From: Acidobacteriota bacterium
Lineage (GTDB): Bacteria; Acidobacteriota; UBA6911; RPQK01; JAJDTT01
Reading direction: 5' to 3'
DNA length: 64,000 nucleotides
NCBI GenBank assembly: GCA_965263035.1
Contig: OZ253580.1
Span: forward strand, 3,392,001-3,456,000
Shown: positions 19,584 to 28,350 of the stretch, piece by piece
How positions within the stretch are numbered: the first letter of the stretch is position 1
Layout: every line of letters starts with the position of its first letter
Translations under genes and position numbers: made by a program
The notes under the pieces: generated by a model
What the model saw: only the letters and a program-made list of their open reading frames with translations
What the model was told of the DNA's origin: nothing
The model's database searches: none

Positions 19584-20494
19584 TGGGAATACTGATCGAT
19601 CACGGCACCACCATTCTGGTTCAGGGGATCACCGGGCGTGAAGCCAGTTTCTTCACGCGCGAATCTCTCGATTACGGGGCCCGGGTCGTGGCCGGAGTGA
19701 CGCCCGGAAAGGGAGGCCAGGAGGTCTACGGAATCCCCGTCTACGACTGTGTGAAGAACGCCCTTCGCAACCACCGTATCGACGCCAGCGTCGTCTCGGT
19801 CCCTCCCTTCGCGGTTCGGGACGCGGCCCTGGAAGCCGTCGAAAACGGGATCCGCCTGCTGGTCATCCTGACGGAGCGCGTCCCCCGGCGGGATGTCGCC
19901 ACCCTTTTGGACATTGCGCGGGAAAATGGCACCCGGGTCATCGGTCCCAACAGCCTGGGGATCATTTCTCCCGGCGAGTCCAAGCTGGGAGCCGTGGGCG
20001 GCAACGTGGAGAATACGTTGCGGACCTTCACCCAGGGACCCGTGGGAGTCATGTCGCGCAGCGGCGGGATGACGAGCGAGATCGCCAATCTCCTGGGCCA
20101 GGAAGGGCTGGGCCAGTCCACTTGCGTCAGCATCGGAGGCGATCCCGTGATCGGCTCCACCTTTCAGGACCTGTTCCCGTTGTTCGAAGACGATGACCAG
20201 ACCCGGGCGGTCGCCCTCTTCTGCGAACCCGGCGGGATCATGGAGGAGGAATTCGCCCGGTTCTACTCCACCCGCACGAATCCGAAACCGGTGGTAGCCT
20301 TCATCGCGGGAAGATTCGCCGACCAGATGCCGGGAACCCGATTCGGCCATGCTGCCGTGATCGTGGAAGGAGACCGCGGCAGCACCAGGAAGAAGAGAGA
20401 GCTCATGAAGAAAGCCGGGGTCCACGTGGCCGACAAGCTGTCGGATGTCCCGAGAATCATAAGGGGGCTGTTGAACCATGGGCATGTTCATTGA
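19583..20494 (+). CDS. ADP-forming acyl-CoA synthetase alpha subunit (SucD-like)
   Basis: VQGITG, GVTPGKGG, IGPNSLG, SRSGG, SIGGD, phospho-His FGHA; translationally coupled (TGATG). Confidence 0.9.
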   Translation: MGILIDHGTTILVQGITGREASFFTRESLDYGARVVAGVTPGKGGQEVYGIPVYDCVKNALRNHRIDASVVSVPPFAVRDAALEAVENGIRLLVILTERVPRRDVATLLDIARENGTRVIGPNSLGIISPGESKLGAVGGNVENTLRTFTQGPVGVMSRSGGMTSEIANLLGQEGLGQSTCVSIGGDPVIGSTFQDLFPLFEDDDQTRAVALFCEPGGIMEEEFARFYSTRTNPKPVVAFIAGRFADQMPGTRFGHAAVIVEGDRGSTRKKRELMKKAGVHVADKLSDVPRIIRGLLNHGHVH

Positions 20495-20711
20495 GGTCGC
20501 GGTTCGGGACCCGGGCTTTCTCAAGACCGAGGAATCCCGCAAGCTGACGGCAGCCTGCGCCGTGAACATTTTCGAGCCGGCGGCGCGAGGAGTCGCCGTC
20601 AATCGCGATCAGGAGGACGAATGTACGCTGTGCGGCCGCTGCCTGGAGATCGGAGGCGACCGGCTGGAGATCGTGAAGCTCTACGAGAAGGCTGGAAGAT
20701 CGACGGGATAG
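20478..20711 (+). CDS. Small 4Fe-4S ferredoxin-like protein
   Basis: 77 aa; CAVNIF plus CTLCGRC give four Cys, enough for one cluster. Confidence 0.75.
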   Translation: MGMFIEVAVRDPGFLKTEESRKLTAACAVNIFEPAARGVAVNRDQEDECTLCGRCLEIGGDRLEIVKLYEKAGRSTG

Positions 20712-20751
20712 AGGCTTTCCTCCTGTGCTGGAGCGGGGGAGAGGGAAGAAC

Positions 20752-21729
20752 ATGAGAGAGATCACCTACTCACAGGCCATCAACGAAGCGATTCGGGAGG
20801 AAATGCGCCGCGACTCCGACATCGTCCTGTTGGGTCAGGATATCGGTGTGTACGGCGGGACCTTCGGGGTCTACCGGGGACTCTGCGACGAGTTCGGCGA
20901 GGACCGGGTCCGGGACGGGCCGCTTTCGGAAGCCGCCACCGCGGGCTTTGGAATCGGTCTCGCCGTGGCCGGCATGCGGGCGATCGTGGAGATCGAGTTC
21001 ATGGACTTCTCGCCCCTGATCCTGGACGCGGTGGCCAATCAAGCCTCCAAGATGCGCTATTTCTTCGGGGGCAAGGTCAAGGTCCCCCTGGTGCTGCGGA
21101 TGCCCAGCGCCAGCAAGTTGGGACTGGGCGCCCAACATTCACAGAGCCTCGAGGCTTGGTTCATGCACACCCCGGGGCTGCTGATCGCGATGCCGGCGAC
21201 CCCCTACGACGCCAAAGGGCTGCTGAAGACCGCGCTGCGCCAGGACAATCCGGTCATCTTCATCGAACATGTCCGGCTCTACGCCACCAAGGGAGAGGTG
21301 CCCGAGGAGGAGTACAGCCTGCCCTTCGGCAGCGCCCGGATCGTCCGGGAGGGTTCGGACGTCACTGTCGTGGCCATCGCCATGATGGTTCAAGAGGCGA
21401 TCGAGGCCGCCAACGAGTTGGAGAAGGAGGGGATCAGCGTGGAGATCATCGATCCCCGCACCCTGGCGCCCCTGGATGGGGAGACCATCGTCGAATCGGT
21501 AAAGAAGACCGGTCGCCTGCTGGTGACCCATGAGGCCTACCGGACCGCGGGCGTCGGGGCCGAGATCGGACAGGTCGCCCAGGAGGGCGCCTTCGATTAC
21601 CTGGTGGCCCCCATCCGCCGCGTCGCCGGCAAGCACCAGCCGATCCCCAGCGGACCGTTGCAGGACGAGGTCTTTCCGGACCGCAACAAGTTGGCCGCGG
21701 CGATCAGGGATCTCATGGAGGAGGGATAG
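20752..21729 (+). CDS. 2-oxoacid (pyruvate/acetoin-type) dehydrogenase E1 beta subunit
   Basis: GQDIGVYGG, PLSE, EIEFMDF, AQHSQSLEAWF, DAKGLL, IDPRTLAPLD. Confidence 0.93.
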   Translation: MREITYSQAINEAIREEMRRDSDIVLLGQDIGVYGGTFGVYRGLCDEFGEDRVRDGPLSEAATAGFGIGLAVAGMRAIVEIEFMDFSPLILDAVANQASKMRYFFGGKVKVPLVLRMPSASKLGLGAQHSQSLEAWFMHTPGLLIAMPATPYDAKGLLKTALRQDNPVIFIEHVRLYATKGEVPEEEYSLPFGSARIVREGSDVTVVAIAMMVQEAIEAANELEKEGISVEIIDPRTLAPLDGETIVESVKKTGRLLVTHEAYRTAGVGAEIGQVAQEGAFDYLVAPIRRVAGKHQPIPSGPLQDEVFPDRNKLAAAIRDLMEEG

Positions 21730-21734
21730 GAGAC

Positions 21735-22718
21735 ATGACAGAGCAGGCCGAAAGCGCTACGGCAGTCAGCTCGGACCAGGCTCTGGGCTGGTACCGCCAG
21801 ATGGTCCACATCCGGAAGTTCGAGGAGAAGGTGGTGGAACTCTCCGGCAGGGGACTGGTCAGCGGTTCCACCCACCCCTGCATCGCTCAGGAGGCGGTCT
21901 CCGTGGGCTGTATTTCCGCCTTGACCGAGGAGGATCTGGTATTGGCCACCTACCGTGGCCACGGCGCCTTCCTCGCCCGGGGCGGGGACCCCAAGGCTGC
22001 TATGGCCGAGATCCTCTGCCGGGAGACCGGTTGCTGCAAGGGCAAAGGGGGGTCCATGCACCTGTGCGACCCCGACATCGGCTTCCTGGGAACCAACGCC
22101 ATCGTGGCGGCTCACATCCCCATCGCTTCGGGGGTCGCCTTGGCCAACCAACTGAAGAAGACGAATCGGGTCACCCTCTGCCTGTTCGGCGACGGGGCTT
22201 CCTGTGAAGGCGCCTTCTACGAGACCTTGAACATGGTCGCCCTCTGGAAGATTCCCGTGGTGCTGGTCTGCGAGAACAACGGATACGCGATTTCGGTTCC
22301 GGTCAAGAAATCGTTGAGCGTTTCCCAGATCGCGACCCGGGCACAAGGGTTCGACATGCCCGGTATCTCCATTGACGGGAACGACATTGCCGAGGTCTAC
22401 GAGACCACGAGGCAGGCGGTGGAACGGGCGCGTGAGGGCGGCGGGCCGACGCTGATCGAGTGCAGGACCGTCCGCTGGGAACGCCACAGCGCTCTCTCGG
22501 CCGGATTCTATGAGTCACGCGAGGAGAGAAAGCGCTGGCAGGTGGTGGATCCCATCCCGCGGTTCCGGACCGTCCTCACCGAGGAGATGTCCATCCCGGC
22601 ATCGGTGCTGGAAGGGATCGAGCAGAACGCGGCCGAGGCCGCCGATGAAGCCGCGGAGTTCGCCATCCAGAGCCCGTTTACGGGGACGTCGCAGCTGGAA
22701 CAGGACATTTTCGCCTGA
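21735..22718 (+). CDS. TPP-dependent dehydrogenase E1 alpha subunit
   Basis: TYRGHG, GKGGSMH, TPP motif GDGA...ENNGYAIS, GPTLIE. Confidence 0.93.
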   Translation: MTEQAESATAVSSDQALGWYRQMVHIRKFEEKVVELSGRGLVSGSTHPCIAQEAVSVGCISALTEEDLVLATYRGHGAFLARGGDPKAAMAEILCRETGCCKGKGGSMHLCDPDIGFLGTNAIVAAHIPIASGVALANQLKKTNRVTLCLFGDGASCEGAFYETLNMVALWKIPVVLVCENNGYAISVPVKKSLSVSQIATRAQGFDMPGISIDGNDIAEVYETTRQAVERAREGGGPTLIECRTVRWERHSALSAGFYESREERKRWQVVDPIPRFRTVLTEEMSIPASVLEGIEQNAAEAADEAAEFAIQSPFTGTSQLEQDIFA

Positions 22719-22733
22719 CCGCCGAATGGGAGG

Positions 22734-22779
22734 GGAGCGGCGGTTTCCAACCGCCGGGAGGGGCGATTTCCAGTCGCCC
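22734..22779 (+). repeat. Two tandem 23-bp REP-like palindromes, GGAG class
   Basis: GGAGCGGCGGTTTCCAACCGCCG followed directly by GGAGGGGCGATTTCCAGTCGCCC. Confidence 0.8.
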
Positions 22780-22854
22780 TCCCCGCGGAGGAAGAGGAGG
22801 CCAAGAAGGTCCCCCTCCCATTGGGTTGTTTCTTAGTCAAAAGGAGAACCTGAC

Positions 22855-23916
22855 ATGAGTGCCCCGGAATCCTCCGGTCCGAGAGTGATTCTCTGCGGTG
22901 TCGGAGGCGTCGGTCGCCGAGTGACCCGTCTGTTGAGCGTCCGGCCCGGCTATCGGGTCGTGGCGGCCTACACCAGGAACCGGGACTTGGCCGGTCAGGA
23001 CCTGGGTAGTTTGGCTGGTATCGAACCCAATGGAGTCATTGTCACAACCGACCGGGATGCCGCCCTGCGGCAGCCGGCCGACATCGTGATCGTCGCCACC
23101 ACCTCGTTTTTGAGAGCGGTGGCGCCGGAACTGCGGGCGGCGGTGGAACACAACCTCAACGCCATCACCACGGCCGAGCAAGCGGCCTTCCCCTGGCTGA
23201 CCGACGAGGCTCTGACCGATGAACTGGATCAGCTGGCCCAGGAGCGGGGCGTCTCGATCCTGGGCGTGGGACTGAACCCCGGGTTCATTTTCGACGCCTT
23301 GTTGCTGACGGCCACCGGGCCGGCCTGGGACGCGCGCAGGATTCGGATCAGGCGGGTCGTGGACGTCTCGCGGTTCAGTGCGACCATCCAGCGGCGGTTG
23401 GGCATCGGTTTCTCGAAAGAGAGGTTCGAGGCGGGGGTCCAAGCCGGAACCATCTTCGGCCACATCGGGTTTCCTCAATCCTTTCATCTGGCCGCAAAAT
23501 GTCTGGGCCGGACGTTGGACGATTACAGGAAGTCGTTCGAGCCGGTGATCGCCGAGCGCCCCTTTTCCAATGACTTTCTTGCGGTCCAGCCGGGTCAGAC
23601 CGTGGCCTTCATCCAGCGGGACGAGGGGATCATCGACGGAGAGCCTTGGATCGATTCCGAGTTCGTCGCCTTCATCGATCCGTCCGCGGGAGACTTCGTG
23701 GCACAGGACTCGATTTCGATCCAGGGATACAACCCACTGAATCTGACCATCAGGCCGGGCTGCCAGCCACAACTGGGATCGGCGGCCATGGTGGCCAATT
23801 CCATCCCCAAGGTAATTGCGGCGGAGCCCGGGTTTCGGACCGTGGCCGATCTCCCGCCCCTCTGCCCGCCGCCAACGGATAGCGGCCGGCTGGCGGAAGC
23901 CGCCCGGAAGTGGTGA
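22855..23916 (+). CDS. NAD(P)H-dependent amine dehydrogenase family protein (2,4-diaminopentanoate dehydrogenase/Ord-like, DapB-type N-terminus)
   Basis: GVGGVG Rossmann motif, TTAE, GVGLNPGFIFD, GHIGFPQS, NSIPKVIAAEPGFRTVADLP; RBS AAGGAG. Confidence 0.8.
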   Translation: MSAPESSGPRVILCGVGGVGRRVTRLLSVRPGYRVVAAYTRNRDLAGQDLGSLAGIEPNGVIVTTDRDAALRQPADIVIVATTSFLRAVAPELRAAVEHNLNAITTAEQAAFPWLTDEALTDELDQLAQERGVSILGVGLNPGFIFDALLLTATGPAWDARRIRIRRVVDVSRFSATIQRRLGIGFSKERFEAGVQAGTIFGHIGFPQSFHLAAKCLGRTLDDYRKSFEPVIAERPFSNDFLAVQPGQTVAFIQRDEGIIDGEPWIDSEFVAFIDPSAGDFVAQDSISIQGYNPLNLTIRPGCQPQLGSAAMVANSIPKVIAAEPGFRTVADLPPLCPPPTDSGRLAEAARKW

Positions 23917-23998
23917 TCCTGAGGGCTCGTCGGGTGCTTGGCTCGGGGCGGCGAGCTGTGAACTGAGAGCGCCCTGTCAAGCGAAGGTTCCATCGACC

Positions 23999-25141
23999 AT
24001 GGACAAGATACGAACGATCCAAGTCATCCCCCTCATCCGGCGATTGGACCGGGTCTTCAGCGGAAGCACCTACCAGATCGTTTCGCGGAACACGATCTAC
24101 GCTCGAATCGAGACCGAGGGGGGGATCGTGGGCGAGGCTTTCGGAGGGGACGAGGACATCCACCAGGAGAAGGTGGTCCAGGTTGCCAACGATAGTCTGG
24201 CGCCGGGTCTGATCGGCGCCGAGATCTGGCCGGTGGAACCGCTCTGGCGCAAGATGTTCTCCACCCCCGACCTCCCGCTGCACAACCGCGGCATCCACAC
24301 CCTGGACATGATCAACCACGCCATCCTGATGCAGGCCATAGCCATCATCGACATGGCGATCTGGGACGCCGTCGGAAAGTCCTTCGGTAAACCCTTGTGG
24401 CAATTGCTGGGCGGGTTCCGAAACCGAGTCCCCGTCGTTGGCATTGGCGGTTATTACAAACCTGGAGCTATGGAGGAGCTGGGCGAGGAGATTCAACTCT
24501 GCATGGATCTCGGCTTGGCCGGGATCAAGCTGAAGGTCGGGAAAGCCTCGGTCGACGAGGACATCCGCCGAGTGGAATACATTCGGAAGCACTTTGCCGA
24601 CACCTTCGTGCTCGCCTGTGACGCGAACCAGGCCTGGACCTACGAACAGGCTCTCCGGTTCGCTCAAGGTGTCGCGGACCTGAACCTGGAGTGGCTGGAG
24701 GAACCCGTCCGCTGGTACGACCAGTTGGAGGGGTTGAAGCGGTTGAGGAGTTCGACCGCCATTCCCCTCGTCGCCGGGCAAGGGGAGATCTCCAAATGGG
24801 GGTGCCGCGACCTCATCCTGGGCGGTTGCGTCGACACGCTCAACGTCGACGCCACCATCGCCGCCGGCATCACCGAGTGGATGAGGATCGCCTCCTTCGC
24901 CGAAACCATGGACGTCAAGATGGGCCACCATGAGGAGCCCCAGGTTGCGCTGCATATGTTGGGAGCCATCCCCAACTCCACCTATGTCGAGATCTTCCAT
25001 CAGCGGGAACGGGACCCCATGTGGTACGAATTGGTGGCTGATCTGCCCCGCATCTCCGGTGGCTTCATGTATCCCAACGACGCCCCCGGACTGGGCTGGC
25101 ACTACAATGTCGAAGTCATCGACCGATACGGCCAGCCGTGA
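23999..25141 (+). CDS. Mandelate racemase/muconate lactonizing enzyme family protein
   Basis: IDMAIWDAVGK, GIKLKVG, DANQAW, WLEEP, AGQGE. Confidence 0.9.
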   Translation: MDKIRTIQVIPLIRRLDRVFSGSTYQIVSRNTIYARIETEGGIVGEAFGGDEDIHQEKVVQVANDSLAPGLIGAEIWPVEPLWRKMFSTPDLPLHNRGIHTLDMINHAILMQAIAIIDMAIWDAVGKSFGKPLWQLLGGFRNRVPVVGIGGYYKPGAMEELGEEIQLCMDLGLAGIKLKVGKASVDEDIRRVEYIRKHFADTFVLACDANQAWTYEQALRFAQGVADLNLEWLEEPVRWYDQLEGLKRLRSSTAIPLVAGQGEISKWGCRDLILGGCVDTLNVDATIAAGITEWMRIASFAETMDVKMGHHEEPQVALHMLGAIPNSTYVEIFHQRERDPMWYELVADLPRISGGFMYPNDAPGLGWHYNVEVIDRYGQP

Positions 25142-25207
25142 CCGGCATTTGTCGCCGACCCGACCGGCCACCTGCTCGTTGGTTCGAAGAGCATCCCGAT
25201 CTCGTCT

Positions 25208-25969
25208 ATGACTGAGGAGCAATTCCACGGGATATTGGTCTGGACGATCTTCCTGACTGCCGTTGTGAGCTTCGCGAGCCTATTGGTTCTAGCTGCTCCC
25301 TACGGCCGGCATTACTCCGGAAAGGGCTGGGGACCGCACATTTCCAACCGGACCAGTTGGGTCCTCATGGAGCTTCCGTCGGTGGTTCTCTTCCTGTTCG
25401 TTTATTTCGCTGGAGCAGCCGCATTCCAGACTGTTCCGCTGGTCCTTCTCGGAGTCTGGCAGTGCCACTATCTCAACCGGACGTTCGTCTATCCTCTGCG
25501 CATTCGAACCGCCGGCAAGAAGATGGCTTTTCTGGTGATGGCTTGCGGCTTCACTTTCAACTCGATCAACGCATACGTCAACGCCCGTTTCATCTCCGAA
25601 TTCGGTGAGTACGGGTCGGAATGGCTGGCCGACCCGCGATTCCCGGCCGGTCTCGCCATCTTTCTGGCCGGTCTGGCCCTGAACGTCCACTCTGACAACA
25701 TCCTTTTGAACCTGCGAAAAACCGGGGAGTCCGGGTATGCGATTCCTCAGGGCGGCGCCTTCCGTTACGTCTCGTGCCCGAACTACCTCGGGGAAATAAT
25801 GGAATGGGCGGGCTGGGCGCTGGCGACATGGTCGCCGGCTGGACTGGCCTTCTTCGTATACACCGCGGCAAACCTGATCCCGAGAGCGCGCAGCCACCAT
25901 CAGTGGTACCGGGCGCGGTTTCCTGACTATCCCGCCAACCGAAAATCCCTGATTCCGGGCCTGATCTGA
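25208..25969 (+). CDS. 3-oxo-5-alpha-steroid 4-dehydrogenase (steroid 5-alpha-reductase, SRD5A-like)
   Basis: APYGRH, MELPS, HYLNR, HSDNILLNLRK, YAIPQGG, SCPNYLGEIMEWAGWA, NLIPRARSHHQWY. Confidence 0.9.
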   Translation: MTEEQFHGILVWTIFLTAVVSFASLLVLAAPYGRHYSGKGWGPHISNRTSWVLMELPSVVLFLFVYFAGAAAFQTVPLVLLGVWQCHYLNRTFVYPLRIRTAGKKMAFLVMACGFTFNSINAYVNARFISEFGEYGSEWLADPRFPAGLAIFLAGLALNVHSDNILLNLRKTGESGYAIPQGGAFRYVSCPNYLGEIMEWAGWALATWSPAGLAFFVYTAANLIPRARSHHQWYRARFPDYPANRKSLIPGLI

Positions 25970-25997
25970 CCGTCGCCAGCACAACTCGAAGAAATGA

Positions 25998-26050
25998 TTG
26001 ACAGTGGCCACCAGAACTCTGTATTGTAGAGTAACTCTGTATTACAGAGT
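25998..26050 (+). promoter_or_regulatory. Sigma70-like promoter overlapped by two 17-bp palindromic operators
   Basis: TTGACA 25998-26003, TATTGT 26022-26027; ACTCTGTATTGTAGAGT (26016-26032) and ACTCTGTATTACAGAGT (26034-26050). Confidence 0.75.
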
Positions 26051-26081
26051 AATATGGTGACCCTGTACTGAGGAGGAATCC

Positions 26082-26651
26082 ATGACCGACAACACGCAAC
26101 TCAAGGAAGACATCGCATATGTTCGCGCCGTCGCCGAACGATCGAGGACGAAGCCTGTACGTCCAATTTATCTTCTGTGGGCGATGATCGGACTATGTGG
26201 ATTCGTGCTGGTCGACTTCGTCGACGACAAGAAGTGGATTAGCATCTACTGGCTCTTCGCTGCACCGATCGGATTCGCGCTGTCGTTCTGGCTCGGTTTC
26301 CGGGCGGGTCGCAACCAGGGCGCCACCAGTCGAGAGACGGGAATTCGCCAAAGTCTTCACTGGCTGGCGTTCATGACTGCTGGCGTGCTTGGTTTGGCGC
26401 TGGTCCATGCAGGACAGTTGACGTGGCAAGGATTCGGATCCCTGTGGGTTCTGCTTCTGGCGTTGACCTATTTTCAACTCGGGCTGCATTTGGAGCGGCG
26501 ATTGTTGCCTATCGGAGTTCTGATGGGGGCCGGGTATCTGGTCACGGTCTGGGTGCCGAAATTCGGCTGGACCGCCACCGGAGTCGTGCTTGCCATCGCG
26601 CTCGTGACCGGAGCCTATCTCGGAGCACCGAAGAGTGAAACCGCCGGCTGA
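26082..26651 (+). CDS. Hypothetical integral membrane protein (about 6 TM)
   Basis: RBS GAGGAGG; hydrophobic helices; overlaps the downstream regulator gene. Confidence 0.8.
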   Translation: MTDNTQLKEDIAYVRAVAERSRTKPVRPIYLLWAMIGLCGFVLVDFVDDKKWISIYWLFAAPIGFALSFWLGFRAGRNQGATSRETGIRQSLHWLAFMTAGVLGLALVHAGQLTWQGFGSLWVLLLALTYFQLGLHLERRLLPIGVLMGAGYLVTVWVPKFGWTATGVVLAIALVTGAYLGAPKSETAG

Positions 26652-26964
26652 TCCCGATCTGCCCGCACTGGATGAGCTGGAAATGCTCAGCGGGCTCCTC
26701 GAGCATCGCGTGCGGCTGGCGATTTGCGTCCTGCTCTCCAAGTACGACGCCATGTCGTTCACTCGCCTCAAGCAGGTGCTCGGCGAGACGGACGGGAGTC
26801 TCGGCGCTCATCTCCGCAAGCTGGAGAGTTCCGGCTATCTGGACGTGGAGAAGGCCTACCGCAACCGGAGACCGGTCACCTGGTACCGGCTCAGCGCCGT
26901 CGGGCGGACCAACCTGAAACGGCACCTTGCCGTCCTGACCCAACTGATCGATCGAGCGGAATAG
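26635..26964 (+). CDS. Winged-helix transcriptional regulator (ArsR/MarR-like)
   Basis: HRVRLAICVLL, SFTRLKQVLGETDGSLGAHLRKLESSGY, PVTWYRLS. Confidence 0.88.
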   Translation: MKPPADPDLPALDELEMLSGLLEHRVRLAICVLLSKYDAMSFTRLKQVLGETDGSLGAHLRKLESSGYLDVEKAYRNRRPVTWYRLSAVGRTNLKRHLAVLTQLIDRAE

Positions 26965-27399
26965 CCGCGGCTGACACCCCATACCGGGCCAGGCGACTCC
27001 GTCGATTTCTGTGTGTTAGCTGCGACAGCACCGGGACAGCCCCGGAATGATCCTTCGAGAGGAGGAGAGCATCAATGGAATAGGAGGGAATCAATGAAAC
27101 CTGTTTCCACCATCCTGTCTGTCTTCATGATCTTGTCGTCCAGTCTCCATTCGGGCCCCGTCCCGGACGTGGCTCACTTGGTGTCGATTGAGGATCTGAG
27201 AGCCGAGATCTCGGACAGAAATGTCAAACGTGCAGGCAACATTCGTGAAATCCAATCTCTGCTCCGGCATCCGGAGGTCCAAAAACTTGGCCACCTTTTC
27301 GATGGGGATTATATACGAAAGTGCCGAAAAAGTTGCCCGTAGGGGTTGATAATGCCGGTACTTTCCTATAGAATATGTCTTGTAAGTCAGGAGGATGCA

Positions 27400-28350
27400 A
27401 TGAGTTACGAGACACGGAACAAGGCACCCGGAAAGGCGTTCCGAGAGGGACTTTCACTTCGCGGATTCTTCAAGAGATTTCCCGACGATAAAGCCGCTGA
27501 GGAATGGTTCATAAAGCAGCGGTGGCCGGAGGAAGTCTGTTGCGTCCATTGCGGCTCCACCAACGTCCAGACCGGAGCCAAGCATCCTTCCATGCCGTAT
27601 CGTTGCCGCGATTGCGGCAAGCGGTTCAGCGTCCGGGTCGGGACGGTTATGCAGTCCTCCAAACTCGGCTATCAGACTTGGTTGCTTGCGACCTACCTCC
27701 TTACTACCAGCCTCAAGAGCGTTTCCTCCATGAAGCTGCATCGTGACCTGGACGTAACACAGAAGACGGCTTGGCACCTTGCTCACCGGATACGGAAAGG
27801 TCTGAACCTGACTGGAATGGCCCTGTTCTCCGGCCCGGTCGAGGCTGACGAGGCGTATCTCGGCGGAAAGCGGAAGCATATGCCGAAGGCCAAACGCGCC
27901 AAACTGGAGGGACGTGGAGCCGTTGGAAAGACGGCCGTGGCTGCCGTCAAAGATCGCCCCTCCAACCAAGTGTCGGCCCGAGTCGTCCCTGACACCAAGT
28001 CTGAAACCCTCTCCCGTTTCGTCTTGGAGCACGTGGGAGAAGATGCCAAGATCTACACGGACGATTCAACCTCTTACGGCCGGCTTGTCCATCACGAGAC
28101 GGTCAGGCATTCTCTTCAGGAGTACGTCAAAGGCAACTGCCACACCAACGGAGCCGAATCATTCTGGTCCATGTTGAAGCGGAGTTACCACGGAACCTTT
28201 CACCACTTCTCGGAACAGCACACCGACCGATACGTTGGAGAGTTTGCCGCACGTCACAACCTAAGGCGCATGGACACGTTGGATCAAATGGCCCTGGTCG
28301 CTGACCGGATGGTGGGAAAGCGGCTGCGTTACAAGGATTTGGTGGGTTGA
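27400..28350 (+). CDS. IS1595-family transposase
   Basis: Zn ribbon CVHC...YRCRDC, QKTAW, VEADEAYLGG, IYTD, HTNGAESFWSMLKR; RBS AGGAGG. Confidence 0.95.
   Translation: MSYETRNKAPGKAFREGLSLRGFFKRFPDDKAAEEWFIKQRWPEEVCCVHCGSTNVQTGAKHPSMPYRCRDCGKRFSVRVGTVMQSSKLGYQTWLLATYLLTTSLKSVSSMKLHRDLDVTQKTAWHLAHRIRKGLNLTGMALFSGPVEADEAYLGGKRKHMPKAKRAKLEGRGAVGKTAVAAVKDRPSNQVSARVVPDTKSETLSRFVLEHVGEDAKIYTDDSTSYGRLVHHETVRHSLQEYVKGNCHTNGAESFWSMLKRSYHGTFHHFSEQHTDRYVGEFAARHNLRRMDTLDQMALVADRMVGKRLRYKDLVG

Noticed and set aside
18378-20494. Evidence for a reverse TCA cycle / autotrophy
   Set aside because: No citryl-CoA lyase domain or ferredoxin oxidoreductase is nearby, and the context is catabolic.
23750-25228. 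492-aa minus-strand ORF
   Set aside because: Antisense shadow of the enolase-family gene.
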